Source: a virus
Reading direction: 5' to 3' (one strand)
DNA: 64,000 nucleotides
IMG/VR virus record: IMGVR_UViG_3300029319_000002
Coordinates: 64,001-128,000 of that record
Under the pieces are notes generated by a model. That model worked only from the letters and a program-made list of their open reading frames with translations, made no database searches and was not told the origin of the DNA. The first letter of the stretch is position 1. Each line of letters starts with the position of its first letter. The translations under genes and the position numbers were made by a program. Below, one piece after another: positions 28,801 through 39,104 of this stretch.

Positions 28801-31800
28801 TAACTTTGAAAATGATATTGTTTCCCATAAAGGAAAAAGAAATACTGATATATTAGATTTTAGACCTAGAGTCGCAGCTTACAATATTAATACTGCTGCA
28901 TACGGTCCATTTCATTTTCAAACTAGGGACTTCTCTAACAACAGTTCTGATATTACAGTTATTGATGATGAGACTATTACATTAAATTACTCATTCTATT
29001 TACCAAGAATTGATAAAATTTTCTTAGATAAAGAAGGTAATTTTAATTATAAAAAAGGCATTTCTTCCGTATCTCCTCAAGCACCATTCATTGAAAGTAA
29101 TTCAATGGACCTCTTTACATTATACTATCCAGCATACACATTTGATAAGGAGGATATTAATATTGATGAAACTACTCATAAGAGATATACGATGAAAGAT
29201 CTTAGAAAGATTGAGAGTAGAATCGAAAATCTTGAAAGATTTACTACATTATCTTTGTTAGAGTCTGAAATAAACACTTTAAAAGTAGTTGATGATCAAA
29301 CTGGAGTAGATAAATTTAAAACAGGATTCATTGTAGATGGTTTTATTGATGAGAATTCACAGAATACTATCACACCATATAATAATATTTCAATTGATAC
29401 CAGAATAGGTGAATTAAGACCAGCAACATATACTACAGCACTGGACTTAATTTGGGGATCAAAATCTTACATTGGTATTGGAACTGTTTCTGATCAAAAT
29501 ATCGATTTAAATACTGCTGTGGACTTAGAGTCCAACAATTTGAAAAAAACTGGAGATCTAATAACATTAGATTATACAACAACAACTTCTATTGACCAAC
29601 CCTATGCAAATAGCACATTAAAAATTAATGCAACCGGTATTTCTAATTATGTTGGTAATTTGAAACTATATCCATCAACAGATAGTTGGTTTGATCAAAA
29701 TAATTACAAAAAAACTACAAATTATCCTGATGATCCTTTCTATTATAAGAAATTATATGCAAAAGATGTAGAGAATAGTAATTTCTTTGAGAATAGATTC
29801 CATTCTTGGAAAGATTTTTGGACGGGTAGAAGTATTATTGAAGATAATAAAGTATATGATGGAAAAATTGATCCATATTTTTGGAAAAAAACCGAAAATC
29901 AAAGTTATTTACCACAAAAATCACCAATTCAAGCAATTACATTAAATTCTGAGGTTGAAACTCAAAATTCTAAGACGGTGGAGAAAAAATTATTTAATAA
30001 AAATGTTTCTCCTTACATGAGAAGAAGAAACTTTAGTTTTAATTGTGATTCCCTCAAACCATCCACAAAATTCTATGCATTTTTAGATAAAATTTCAGTT
30101 AAAAATTTAATTATACCAAAACTGCTTGAAATTGCCATGATTTCTGGATCATTCTCAGTAGGTGAGGATGTGGTTGGAACAATTTCTTCACAAGACAGTA
30201 AGCAATCCAATGTAAAAATTAAATTTAGACTTGCTACAACTAATCATAGAGATGGTACATATAATAATCCTGCAGGAATTTATGAAAGAAATCCATATAC
30301 TGGTGAAATTTTACAATCTAATTATTCTCAAACTTCTAGTATTCTGAATATAGATTTGAGTAGTTTGTCCTCTATCACACTTCCAGAATATTATGGATAT
30401 GTCGTAGCAAATATGACATTAGTCGGACAGACAAGTGGAGCAAAAGCAACAGTAAAAGAACCTAGATTAGTTAGCAATCAGAATGGATTACTTCAGGCAG
30501 CATTTTACATTTCCAAATATGAAGATGATAATAAAGTTTTCTTGACTGGAAAGAAAACTTTAAAAATAACTAGTGATGAATTTGATCAAGAATACTCTAG
30601 TGATCTTATAAGTTTTGCTGAAGTTGTTTTTTCAACATCGGGTCATATTCCCATTTATAAAAATGATATCTTATCAATTCGTAATTCTAATTTTGATAAA
30701 TTATCAGATAAAACTAATACTGCTTCTGGAGATTTTGTTCTAGATGTTTATAGAAATAATGAGTTTACTAAAAATATTCTATTAAATAATGGATTTGCAA
30801 ATCCATTAGCACAGTTATTTTCTGTCGATGAACCTTCAGGAATATTTGTAACTTCCATTGACATTTATTTTGCTCAAATTGACAGCAATGTGCCTGTAAC
30901 TCTTGATATAAAGACAGTTAAAAATAGAATTCCAACTTCAATCTCTATTCCCTTTTCTAAAAAAACATTATATCCCAATCAAATAACTTCATCTGCAGAT
31001 TCGAGTTTGCCAACTACGTTTGAATTTGATTCTCCAGTATTTTTAGAAGGTGGAAAAATATATTCCATCATGTTAAGTTCTGATTCTGAGTTATATGAAA
31101 TATATGCTTCCAACTTTACTAGTGAGTCACTAGATTTCTTAACTTCCTCTGAGGTTAATAAAATATCTTCTGTTGGTGAACTTTATGTTCCTGGTAATGT
31201 TACTCAAGTGAAAAAAGATACTATGAATCTGAAATTTAAACTCAATAAAGCTAAGTTTACTAATAATTCAGGTGCTCTAACATTATACAATCCTAGATTA
31301 GATTTTGGTAATAATCAAAGACCAACATTAACAACAAATCCTTTAGTATCTAAATCTAATAAACAAATTGTTGGACTCAATACACATATTGCTACAGCAG
31401 GTATTGCTACTTTAGGTTTACAATTAACTCAAAATGATACACAAACAGGATTTATTGTAGATACTTTAGGTATTGTTGGTGTAGGAACAAGTGGACTTAC
31501 AGTATCTAAAGTAGGTACAGGTCTAACTCCGACTTCGGGAATTGCAACATATAGTGGGGTTACTTTCACTTCTTTAAGTGGTAAAGGAACAGGATTAACT
31601 GGAGATGTAACAGTAGATAGTGGTTCTGTAAGTCTAATTAATATTACAAATGGTGGTGAGCAGTTCTCTCTAAATGAAGTTGTTACAGCAACATTAGGAA
31701 ATACGGGCATTGACTTCCAATTCTCTGTTGGAATTAGAACATCTATTTCCTCATTAGTTTTGGATGACATTCAAGGAACATTTAACAGTGTTAATAAATT

Positions 31801-33217
31801 GATCACTAAGAATGTTGCTACTGGAGCAACTACTGAAATGCCCGTAGAAATTATTCCCGATACAATTAGTCAATTTGAAGATGATGAGGATGGATTACAC
31901 TTCCTTGTTAACCATAAAAATCATGGACAATATTCTAGAAACACTAATAAAGTTACAATGTCTAATATTGAAAGTGACTTAGCAGTAACAACATTAGCTT
32001 CTGATATAACTGCTACTTCTACATCATTAACTATTCTTTCAACTGATACTGATTTTGGAAATTTTGAAAATATTGGTATTGGATCAACTAATCTTGGATA
32101 TATTAAAATTGGTGAAGAGATTATTTCTTACGGATCTATTAACGGAAATGATTTGTCAGATTTAGTTAGAGGTGTTGATTCTACAGTTGCCACTTCTCAC
32201 CCATCCGGTGATTATATCTCTAAGTATGAAGTCAATGGAGTCTCATTAAGAAGAATGAATAAGAGTTTTGTTCTTAGTGATGTAACAACAAATAAAGTTA
32301 ATACTGGAAATCAGTATTATTTGAAAGTTGATATGACCTCTAATGGAACAAATAGATCCGGAACTGGTGGATATCCCAAACTATTCTTTGAAAATTCAAA
32401 AGATATTGGTGGATCAAAAGTTGAAACAACTCAAAATATAACATTCAACTCAATGACACCAAATATTCAAACTTTTATCCCAAGTTCTTGTAATATAAAT
32501 GCCAGTGTAAGGACAGTAACCGGAACTTCTGAAGATGGAGCAGAAACTTCCTATATGGATAAAGGATATGAACCTATTTCTCTAAATCAAACTAATGATT
32601 TTAATACCCCAAGATTGATTGCTTCTAGAATTAATGAAAATGAATACTTAACCAATTTACCTGGAAAAAAATCATTTACATTAAGACTTGATATGTCGTC
32701 TGAAGATGAAAATCTGTCTCCTGTTGTTGATTTAGACAGATGTAGTGTAATTTTTGTTAATAATAGTATTAATAATCCTATTGAAAATTATAAAACTGAT
32801 CCCAGAGTTAATTCATTAGATACTGATCCTCATGAAGCAGTTTATATTTCTAAAGTAGTTAATCTCCAAATTCCTTCAAATGGACTTAAAGTAATATTTG
32901 ATGCGTATAAACCTTTAGGTACTGATATTAGAGTTCTTCATAGATTAATTGGAACTGAAGAATCTTCCGAGAGATTTACACTATTCCCCGGATATAATAA
33001 TCTTGACATTATTAATAATGTGATTAATGAAAAAGATAATGATGGATCATCGGATTATTTTGTTAATTTTAGTAATACAAATGAATTTAAGGAGCATGAA
33101 TTTACTATTCAAAACACAGAATCATTTTCTTCCTATGTAATTAAAATTGTCATGACTTCTACAAATTCATCTATTGTTCCTAAAATTAGGAATTTGCGTG
33201 TCATTTCTCTAACATGA
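25817..33217 (+). CDS. Large virion structural protein, VrlC-like / DUF4815-type, 2466 aa
   Basis: PYFDDFDESKNYKKVLFKPG.SVQARELT, NFSAPGADRL, ELARRTYDESGDY and FKTGFIVDGF motifs. Confidence 0.85.
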   Translation: MSETLNLNSFPYFDDFDESKNYKKVLFKPGVSVQARELTTLQSSIQNQLEAFSDTAFFDGQIVEGGSLNYIPKLDYVLLEDTFNGIPVSSYINNFNNLVLIGELTGIQARVISVVSAEKSEKGKTTLYVKYLSSNSTDFTEKTFRDSEQLITQTSVNIGTTVFFENTPMAKCVSTNATGLGSAIKLNPGKTYIRGFFVDFDEKLLILDQYETEPSYKVGFEIDEKIITSLEDSSLNDNARGFSNFSAPGADRLQISCELGKKTIDDLDTDTFVEILRFENGILKYKSPERSYNFIEDELARRTYDESGDYIVDDFDVQIDETLNDLKNSNGLYLDTEKTYKNNEPSESLVSVSISPGKAYVRGYEIEKISNTIFEVEKARDSKLIEDSTIPVNFGKKVIVNNINGLPNTGITTYYAELRNRRKDGDHLSGSGDIVGYGRIYDNKLRESYSNNSSEQDLYLYDLQFLSEITVSSNIVSYQVGSLLEGKNSGAIGYIAGTDGLETDPTGVSTFTVYRVSGNFVPNEPYHIDGILDARLIKTVTNFSFDDTKSIKMVGSGVTYTADLLLTNETQLGDFGNTYNITARTSETGISTITSTDNRFTRVRVNDIIKYTLPGISTSFPTLNRVVSVNTAENKITVSQVEDVSNFCDGDLPSAATTVNDLVIARPGMEVSSDPGLFASIPEELVSDIDIDSSILSVRKEYNVNIANSSGTVNEGDPNFAFVGYGIDKYILIYSDGTIEPLTSQKIVLSGSSRQLDLKSLTKTTDTGATLIATLDKRNLTTTGKTIRGESAFVSRSTSPISGSGKDTLNDGLTPDVQGKYGTRVQDRDICLNHPDVIRVNAIFESENLTDPLTPTLTLTNNTSSLIESIPGEEIVGESSGAVAKVVDNLPLQTNTTTKVNFVYLNSKRFNIDEKVTFKSTNISGNIQSLTFGSRDVTSNFSFDSGQRDDYYDFGKIVRNKTGYVPAKRLLVIFDRYELSAGTNNIVNYDSYAFTNFENDIVSHKGKRNTDILDFRPRVAAYNINTAAYGPFHFQTRDFSNNSSDITVIDDETITLNYSFYLPRIDKIFLDKEGNFNYKKGISSVSPQAPFIESNSMDLFTLYYPAYTFDKEDINIDETTHKRYTMKDLRKIESRIENLERFTTLSLLESEINTLKVVDDQTGVDKFKTGFIVDGFIDENSQNTITPYNNISIDTRIGELRPATYTTALDLIWGSKSYIGIGTVSDQNIDLNTAVDLESNNLKKTGDLITLDYTTTTSIDQPYANSTLKINATGISNYVGNLKLYPSTDSWFDQNNYKKTTNYPDDPFYYKKLYAKDVENSNFFENRFHSWKDFWTGRSIIEDNKVYDGKIDPYFWKKTENQSYLPQKSPIQAITLNSEVETQNSKTVEKKLFNKNVSPYMRRRNFSFNCDSLKPSTKFYAFLDKISVKNLIIPKLLEIAMISGSFSVGEDVVGTISSQDSKQSNVKIKFRLATTNHRDGTYNNPAGIYERNPYTGEILQSNYSQTSSILNIDLSSLSSITLPEYYGYVVANMTLVGQTSGAKATVKEPRLVSNQNGLLQAAFYISKYEDDNKVFLTGKKTLKITSDEFDQEYSSDLISFAEVVFSTSGHIPIYKNDILSIRNSNFDKLSDKTNTASGDFVLDVYRNNEFTKNILLNNGFANPLAQLFSVDEPSGIFVTSIDIYFAQIDSNVPVTLDIKTVKNRIPTSISIPFSKKTLYPNQITSSADSSLPTTFEFDSPVFLEGGKIYSIMLSSDSELYEIYASNFTSESLDFLTSSEVNKISSVGELYVPGNVTQVKKDTMNLKFKLNKAKFTNNSGALTLYNPRLDFGNNQRPTLTTNPLVSKSNKQIVGLNTHIATAGIATLGLQLTQNDTQTGFIVDTLGIVGVGTSGLTVSKVGTGLTPTSGIATYSGVTFTSLSGKGTGLTGDVTVDSGSVSLINITNGGEQFSLNEVVTATLGNTGIDFQFSVGIRTSISSLVLDDIQGTFNSVNKLITKNVATGATTEMPVEIIPDTISQFEDDEDGLHFLVNHKNHGQYSRNTNKVTMSNIESDLAVTTLASDITATSTSLTILSTDTDFGNFENIGIGSTNLGYIKIGEEIISYGSINGNDLSDLVRGVDSTVATSHPSGDYISKYEVNGVSLRRMNKSFVLSDVTTNKVNTGNQYYLKVDMTSNGTNRSGTGGYPKLFFENSKDIGGSKVETTQNITFNSMTPNIQTFIPSSCNINASVRTVTGTSEDGAETSYMDKGYEPISLNQTNDFNTPRLIASRINENEYLTNLPGKKSFTLRLDMSSEDENLSPVVDLDRCSVIFVNNSINNPIENYKTDPRVNSLDTDPHEAVYISKVVNLQIPSNGLKVIFDAYKPLGTDIRVLHRLIGTEESSERFTLFPGYNNLDIINNVINEKDNDGSSDYFVNFSNTNEFKEHEFTIQNTESFSSYVIKIVMTSTNSSIVPKIRNLRVISLT

Positions 33218-33414
33218 TAAAAGTTGAAGGTCATCCAAATTTGAGGAGAGATCCCTCCTCAAATTCTATAGTTAATGTTGATATTGAATCATATAAAAGG
33301 TATAAGGCAGAATTAAAAAGAGTGAAATCTCAAGAAGAAAGAATACAAAAATTAGAAGATAAACTCGATAATATAACTAACTTATTGACAGATCTTCTAA
33401 ATAAAAATAACTAG
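33214..33414 (+). CDS. Conserved small coiled-coil protein upstream of g13
   Basis: MIKVEGHPNLRRDP start; synteny. Confidence 0.75.
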   Translation: MIKVEGHPNLRRDPSSNSIVNVDIESYKRYKAELKRVKSQEERIQKLEDKLDNITNLLTDLLNKNN

Positions 33415-33431
33415 GTAATCTGTAAGTTAAA

Positions 33432-34250
33432 ATGGCAAAACCGTCTACTAGGCAAGGATTAATTGATTATTGTTTGCGTAGATTAGGTGCGCCGGTACTT
33501 GAAATTAATGTCGATGATGATCAAATTGATGATTTGGTCGATGATGCGTTACAATATTTTCAAGAACGCCATTTTGATGGGGTTCAAAGAGTTTATCTAA
33601 AACACCAAATAACTTCTACAGAAATTGATCAAGCAAGAAATACTGGAATCACATCAACAGCAACTTCAACTGTTGGTGTAAGTAGTTCATATACTTGGAC
33701 AGAAGCAGCAAATTTCATTCAAGTTCCTGATAGTGTTATTGGAGTTGAAAAAGTATTTAAATTTGGAAAATCCACGGTTTCTAGTGGAATGTTTAATATT
33801 CAATACCAACTTTTTTTGAATGATATTTACTGGTTTGCTTCTACTGAATTACTTTCCTATGCGATGACAAAAAGTAGACTTGAAGACATTGATCATTTAT
33901 TAACACCATCAAATCAAATAAGATTCAATAAGAGACAAAACAGATTATATCTTGACATTGATTGGGCAAATTATAATACAGATGATTTCATTATTTTAGA
34001 GTGTTTTAGGATTCTGAATCCTAATGATTTTACTGCAGTTTACAATGATAGTTTCTTAAAAGAATATTTGACATCATTGATTAAGAAGCAGTGGGGACAA
34101 AACTTGATTAAGTTCCAGGGAGTCAAACTTCCTGGTGGAATTGAACTCAATGGAAGACAAATTTATGATGATGCAATAAGAGAAATTGAAGATATTAAGA
34201 GTAGAATGAGCAGTTATTATGAACTACCACCACTAGATATGATTGGATAA
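33432..34250 (+). CDS. g13: Neck protein gp13
   Basis: YCLRRLGAPVLEINVDDDQ and KKQWGQNLIKFQGVKLPGG. Confidence 0.95.
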   Translation: MAKPSTRQGLIDYCLRRLGAPVLEINVDDDQIDDLVDDALQYFQERHFDGVQRVYLKHQITSTEIDQARNTGITSTATSTVGVSSSYTWTEAANFIQVPDSVIGVEKVFKFGKSTVSSGMFNIQYQLFLNDIYWFASTELLSYAMTKSRLEDIDHLLTPSNQIRFNKRQNRLYLDIDWANYNTDDFIILECFRILNPNDFTAVYNDSFLKEYLTSLIKKQWGQNLIKFQGVKLPGGIELNGRQIYDDAIREIEDIKSRMSSYYELPPLDMIG

Positions 34251-34255
34251 TTATC

Positions 34256-35656
34256 ATGGCATTAAATCCCTTTTTTCAACAAGGTACGACCGCAGAACAA
34301 AATTTAATTCAGAGCTTAATAAATGAGCAACTGAAAATTTATGGTGTTGAAGTCTACTATATTCCCAGAAAGTATATAACCACTAATAATATAATTAGAG
34401 AAGTTCTACAATCCGATTTTAAAGATGCATATCCCTTAGAGGCATACGTTCAAAACTACGATGGTTTTGATGGAAATCAAGATCTAATGAGTAAATTTGG
34501 TGTAAGAGTCACTGATGAGTTAACTTTAATAATTTCAAAGGAAAGATATGAAAGCTATATTCAACCAGTACTAGAGGGACTTTATAATGCAAATGAGAGT
34601 GAATATAAACTTTATACCAGACCAAAAGAAGGAGATTTAGTATGGTTTCCATTATCAGATACAATTTTTCAAATCAAATACGTTGAACACGAAAAACCTT
34701 TCTACCAACTAAAGGAAAATTACGTTTATGAATTAAGATGTGAAATCTTTGAATATGATAATGAAGTTATTGATACTGGAATTACCGATATTGATGATAA
34801 TGCAGCAGATGATGGATATATCCTATCTTTAAATCTTGCTGGAATAGGATCAACAGCAACTGCTATCACCACATTAGTAACTGGTGCCGTTAACAAATTA
34901 ACTCTTATAGATAGTGGAATTGGATATACGTCAACACCACCCATAGTTGCAATAACTTCTGCACCTTCTGGTGGAATAGATGCTACTGCAGTTGCAATAA
35001 CAACTCAACTCAGTGGTGGTGATTATGCTGTTGATGAACTCAGAATAATTAATCCTGGTGCAGGTTATACTCAAGCACCGGTAGTTAGATTTATTAGCAA
35101 TACTGGTTCTGGTGCGATTGCAACCGCAGGAATAAGCACTCTAAGTTCTATTGGAATTGTAACAGTATCTTCTGGTGGTTCTGAATATACAACTGTCCCA
35201 ACTGTAACCATAAGTGGACCTTCTGTTGGTACGACTGCCACTGGAATTGCTAAGATAGTATCTAATAGTGTAACTCAGATTCAAATAACGAATGCGGGAT
35301 TTGGATATACTGCAACTCCAACAGTTACTATAAGTGATCCAGTATCAATATCTACAGGAGGATATACGTTTAATGAAATTATAACGGGAGCAGACTCCTC
35401 CACCACTGCAAGAGTTAAGAGTTGGGATCCAGATTCCAGAATTCTTAAAGTTGGAATGATTTCTGGTGATTTTACCATTGGGGAAACTATATCTGGTGCT
35501 GGTGCAACATATGCACTTAAATCAACTGGATCTCAAGTTTCCGGTGCAGCACAAGATTTTGATACCTCTGCAAGTTATGATCAAAATGTATCGATTGAGA
35601 GTGAAGCTATAAATATAATTGATTTTACAGAAAAAAATCCCTTTGGATCCTTTTAG
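34256..35656 (+). CDS. g14: Neck protein gp14 with inserted G.GY..AP.V repeats
   Basis: EQLKIYGVEVYYIPR, RPKEGDLVWFP and C-terminal DFTEKNPFG. Confidence 0.93.
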   Translation: MALNPFFQQGTTAEQNLIQSLINEQLKIYGVEVYYIPRKYITTNNIIREVLQSDFKDAYPLEAYVQNYDGFDGNQDLMSKFGVRVTDELTLIISKERYESYIQPVLEGLYNANESEYKLYTRPKEGDLVWFPLSDTIFQIKYVEHEKPFYQLKENYVYELRCEIFEYDNEVIDTGITDIDDNAADDGYILSLNLAGIGSTATAITTLVTGAVNKLTLIDSGIGYTSTPPIVAITSAPSGGIDATAVAITTQLSGGDYAVDELRIINPGAGYTQAPVVRFISNTGSGAIATAGISTLSSIGIVTVSSGGSEYTTVPTVTISGPSVGTTATGIAKIVSNSVTQIQITNAGFGYTATPTVTISDPVSISTGGYTFNEIITGADSSTTARVKSWDPDSRILKVGMISGDFTIGETISGAGATYALKSTGSQVSGAAQDFDTSASYDQNVSIESEAINIIDFTEKNPFGSF

Positions 35657-35660
35657 ATAA

Positions 35661-37616
35661 ATGAGTTTTTTAAGAGTCACAAATATACAAGATCTTAATG
35701 GTAACAATACTGTTGCTATTACAAGTGCTTCTAGTGGAAATCTAATAGTAAAAAAAGAACTACTTGGTGAAAGTGGAGCAAACTTCACTGGAGTGGGTAC
35801 AATTAATAACATTCAGATTGGTGCAGGGATTATAACCGCTACATCTGGAGTTGTTACTTTTTTTGGAGATATAACTCCAACAGACATTAATGTTTCTGGA
35901 GCAATGACTGCTGCAGGAGGATTCACAGGAGATTTAGTCGGTGATGTTACTGGTGATTTAACGGGAAATGTAGTTGGTTTTGGTGTAAGTATTGTTGGTG
36001 TTGGTAGTTTTGGAAGTCTAAGAGTTGCTGAAGGTGGTGAAAACGGAGTAACAATTAATGAGTCTGGAATACTTTTAGATCAACTTGCTGGAATTGTAAC
36101 TTCACCAACCTTTGATGGAAATTTAACTGGAAATGTCACGGGAGATGTTGAAGGAAATATCGTAGGTCAAGGGGCAAGTATTGTAGGTGTTGGAACATTT
36201 GGAAGCGTGTTCATCACCGGAATTGGAATTACTTTAAACGAATCTGGAATTAATGTCCCTACGGGTGTTATTACTGCAACATCTTTCGATGGAAATTTTG
36301 TAGGAACTATCGATGGTAATGTTACAGGAACTGCGTCATCAGCAACGACACTAATTGATGCTGGAAATATGCTTGGAGGGACTATCAATAATGATAGATT
36401 ACCTACAACAATTATTGCAAATCTTACTGGAACAGCATCAACAGCAACTAACTTGGCAGATGCTGCTAACATCACTACTGGAACTATCAGTGATGCCAGA
36501 TTACCAGATTTAATTACATCTAATATTAATGTAGATTCTGGAATTTCTACTTTTTCCATAGTTGGTATTAGTACATTATCAGTAACCGAAGTTATTACTG
36601 GAATTGCTGACACTGCTAATAATCTGGCAGATGCTGCCAATATCACTACTGGAACAATTAGTGATGCTAGATTACCTACAGTAATTACTTCAAATATTGA
36701 TATATCAACTGGTGATTCCACATTTAACAATGTAACTGTTGGTGGTAATTTAGTGGCAACTGCAACTACTGCCACCAATCTAGCAAATGGTGCTAATATC
36801 ACTGACGGAACAATTAGTGATGCAAGATTACCTAATACGATCACTTCCAATATCAATGCCACTGATGGATCTTCATCATTTAATGAAATAACTGTTACTA
36901 CTTTAACAGTATCAGGAACCTTAACAGGAACTGCCACAACTGCTACTAATTTAGCAGATGCTGCTAATATCATCACTGGAACAATTAGTGATGCAAGATT
37001 ACCAGCAGTAATTACTTCAAATATTACTGCACCATCTGGAGCATCAACATTTGATAATTTAACTGTTACTGGTACATTTACTGGAACTGCAACTACCGCA
37101 ACTACCGCAACTAATCTAGCAAATGCTGCCAATATCACTACTGGAACAATTGATGATGCAAGATTACCAGCAGTAATTACTTCAAATATTACCGCACCAT
37201 CTGGAGCATCAACATTTGATGATTTAACTGTTACTGGTACATTAACAGGAACAGCATCATCATTAGCAAATGCTGCTAACATCAATGCTGGAACAGTTGA
37301 TAATGCTAGATTACCTAATACAATCACTTCTAATATTACTGCACCAGATGGAACATCAACATTTGATAGTTTAACTGCCACTAATGTAACCGCCACTAAT
37401 TTAACAGTATCAGGAACCTTAACTGGAACAGCAACAACATTAGCTGATGCTGGTAATATTACTACCGGAACACTTAATGTTAACAGACTACCTGCGACAC
37501 TTCCTGTGAATATTGGCATTGGCACTCAAACACTTTCATTTTCAGTAGCCGATAGCACTCTTACACTTACTGTTGATGGAATAGGATCTACATCATTCAC
37601 ACTCACATCTGGATAA
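35661..37616 (+). CDS. Thr-rich repeat fibre-like protein inserted between g14 and g15
   Basis: Eight A.NI..GT...(A/D/N)RLP repeats and GNLTGNVTG motifs. Confidence 0.65.
   Translation: MSFLRVTNIQDLNGNNTVAITSASSGNLIVKKELLGESGANFTGVGTINNIQIGAGIITATSGVVTFFGDITPTDINVSGAMTAAGGFTGDLVGDVTGDLTGNVVGFGVSIVGVGSFGSLRVAEGGENGVTINESGILLDQLAGIVTSPTFDGNLTGNVTGDVEGNIVGQGASIVGVGTFGSVFITGIGITLNESGINVPTGVITATSFDGNFVGTIDGNVTGTASSATTLIDAGNMLGGTINNDRLPTTIIANLTGTASTATNLADAANITTGTISDARLPDLITSNINVDSGISTFSIVGISTLSVTEVITGIADTANNLADAANITTGTISDARLPTVITSNIDISTGDSTFNNVTVGGNLVATATTATNLANGANITDGTISDARLPNTITSNINATDGSSSFNEITVTTLTVSGTLTGTATTATNLADAANIITGTISDARLPAVITSNITAPSGASTFDNLTVTGTFTGTATTATTATNLANAANITTGTIDDARLPAVITSNITAPSGASTFDDLTVTGTLTGTASSLANAANINAGTVDNARLPNTITSNITAPDGTSTFDSLTATNVTATNLTVSGTLTGTATTLADAGNITTGTLNVNRLPATLPVNIGIGTQTLSFSVADSTLTLTVDGIGSTSFTLTSG
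36325..37500 (+). repeat. Eight imperfect coding tandem repeats of about 100-175 bp (NLADAANITTGTISDARLP core)
   Basis: Repeated gctgctaatatcactactggaacaattagtgatgcaagattacc-like units; bounds approximate. Confidence 0.85.
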
Positions 37617-37620
37617 AATT

Positions 37621-38661
37621 ATGTTAGGAACTTATGCATACCACGAAATTATAAGGAAAACCGTTATTGGTTTTGGTACTATTTTCAATAATATTGAAAT
37701 TAGGACTAGAAATAGTGATGGAACTTATGCACAGGTAATGAAAGTACCTTTGGCATATGGTCCAATGGACAAGTTCCTTGCAATGATTGAGCAACAGTCT
37801 CAATATAAGGATAGAATGGCAATCACTCTTCCTAGAATGGCGTTTGAGATGGTTGGATTATCTTATGATCCAACAAGAAAGACTTCAGTAACTCAAACAT
37901 TCAAGTCTGGCAATCAAAGTGGTGCTAAAAAAGTATACATGCCAGTTCCTTATAATGTAGATTTCATCTTATCAATTGCTGCAAAGCAGAATGATGATAT
38001 TCTACAAATCGTTGAGCAGATTATTCCTTATTTCCAACCTTCTTTTAATATCACAGTAAACTTAGTTTCTTCTATTGGAGAAAAGAAGGATATTCCTATT
38101 GTTCTAAACAATATTGGAATGACTACCGACTATGAAGGTAGTTTTAACGATAGATCTACTATTATCTACAATTTATCATTCACTGCAAAGACTTATATCT
38201 TTGGTGCTATTGCAGAAAATACATCCGGACTTATTAAGAAAGTGGATGTGGATTACTATACCAGCACTCAGAAGTCCGCTAAGAGACAAGTCAGATATTC
38301 TGTTACACCTAGAGCAGTAAAAGACTATGATAGTGATGCAATTACTCAACTTGTAGAAAATATTGACTTAACAGAAACTGTATTGTCACTCAATGATGCA
38401 TCTACATTCAGTGCTAAGGATTATATTGCAATCGGAAGTGAAACTATGGAAATTGTCTCCATAACTGGAAATAATATCAAAGTTAAGAGAGGTATTGAGG
38501 GAACTGGACCACAAGAACATTATACTGGAGATGCTGTCAATGCAATCACTGCTGCAGACGATGCATTGATTGCTTTCGGAGATGATTTTGGGTTCAATGA
38601 AACAACTTCATTCTTTGAAGATTTTAAAACCTATAGTCCCGTAACTGGTGAGGATGTTTAA
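37621..38661 (+). CDS. g15: Tail sheath stabiliser / terminator gp15
   Basis: YHEIIRKTVIGFGTIFNNI, KVPLAYGP..KFL and LQIVEQIIPYFQP. Confidence 0.93.
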   Translation: MLGTYAYHEIIRKTVIGFGTIFNNIEIRTRNSDGTYAQVMKVPLAYGPMDKFLAMIEQQSQYKDRMAITLPRMAFEMVGLSYDPTRKTSVTQTFKSGNQSGAKKVYMPVPYNVDFILSIAAKQNDDILQIVEQIIPYFQPSFNITVNLVSSIGEKKDIPIVLNNIGMTTDYEGSFNDRSTIIYNLSFTAKTYIFGAIAENTSGLIKKVDVDYYTSTQKSAKRQVRYSVTPRAVKDYDSDAITQLVENIDLTETVLSLNDASTFSAKDYIAIGSETMEIVSITGNNIKVKRGIEGTGPQEHYTGDAVNAITAADDALIAFGDDFGFNETTSFFEDFKTYSPVTGEDV

Positions 38662-38664
38662 CAT

Positions 38665-39099
38665 ATGTCAAAATTTTCTGAAATAGACAATGCTCTTGAT
38701 ATTGATGGTAAGTTTGTAGAATCGACTGTTCAAAAATTTGAAGATACCAAATTATCAATAGAAAAGTTAAAAAAATCGGATTTAGACACTGACTATGAAT
38801 ATGCAAGAGGTCAATTATACTCTCTAATTTCTAAAGGTCAAGAATCTATCAATGTAATCATGGAGATTGCACAGGATGGTGGAAGTCCCAGATCATTTGA
38901 AGTTGTTGGACAGTTAATTAAAATTGTTGCAGATATTACAGATAAGTTGGTTGATATGCAGAAAAAGATGAAAGATATGGAAGAATCTTCTAGTGGACCG
39001 AAGAGTGTAACTAATAATAATGCACTTTTTGTTGGATCAACAGCAGAACTGCAAAAACTTATAAAGGACGGTCTTCTAAATAATAAGGAGAATTCTTAA
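38665..39099 (+). CDS. g16: Terminase small subunit gp16
   Basis: DYEYARGQLYSLISKGQE, PRSFEVVGQLIK and NNALFVGSTAELQK. Confidence 0.93.
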   Translation: MSKFSEIDNALDIDGKFVESTVQKFEDTKLSIEKLKKSDLDTDYEYARGQLYSLISKGQESINVIMEIAQDGGSPRSFEVVGQLIKIVADITDKLVDMQKKMKDMEESSSGPKSVTNNNALFVGSTAELQKLIKDGLLNNKENS

Positions 39100-39104
39100 T
39101 TCTA

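Noticed and set aside
36167-37525. 452-aa minus-strand ORF
   Set aside because: Antisense shadow of the Thr/Ala/Asn-rich repeat gene; no promoter or RBS, and its V/A-rich sequence mirrors the sense codons.
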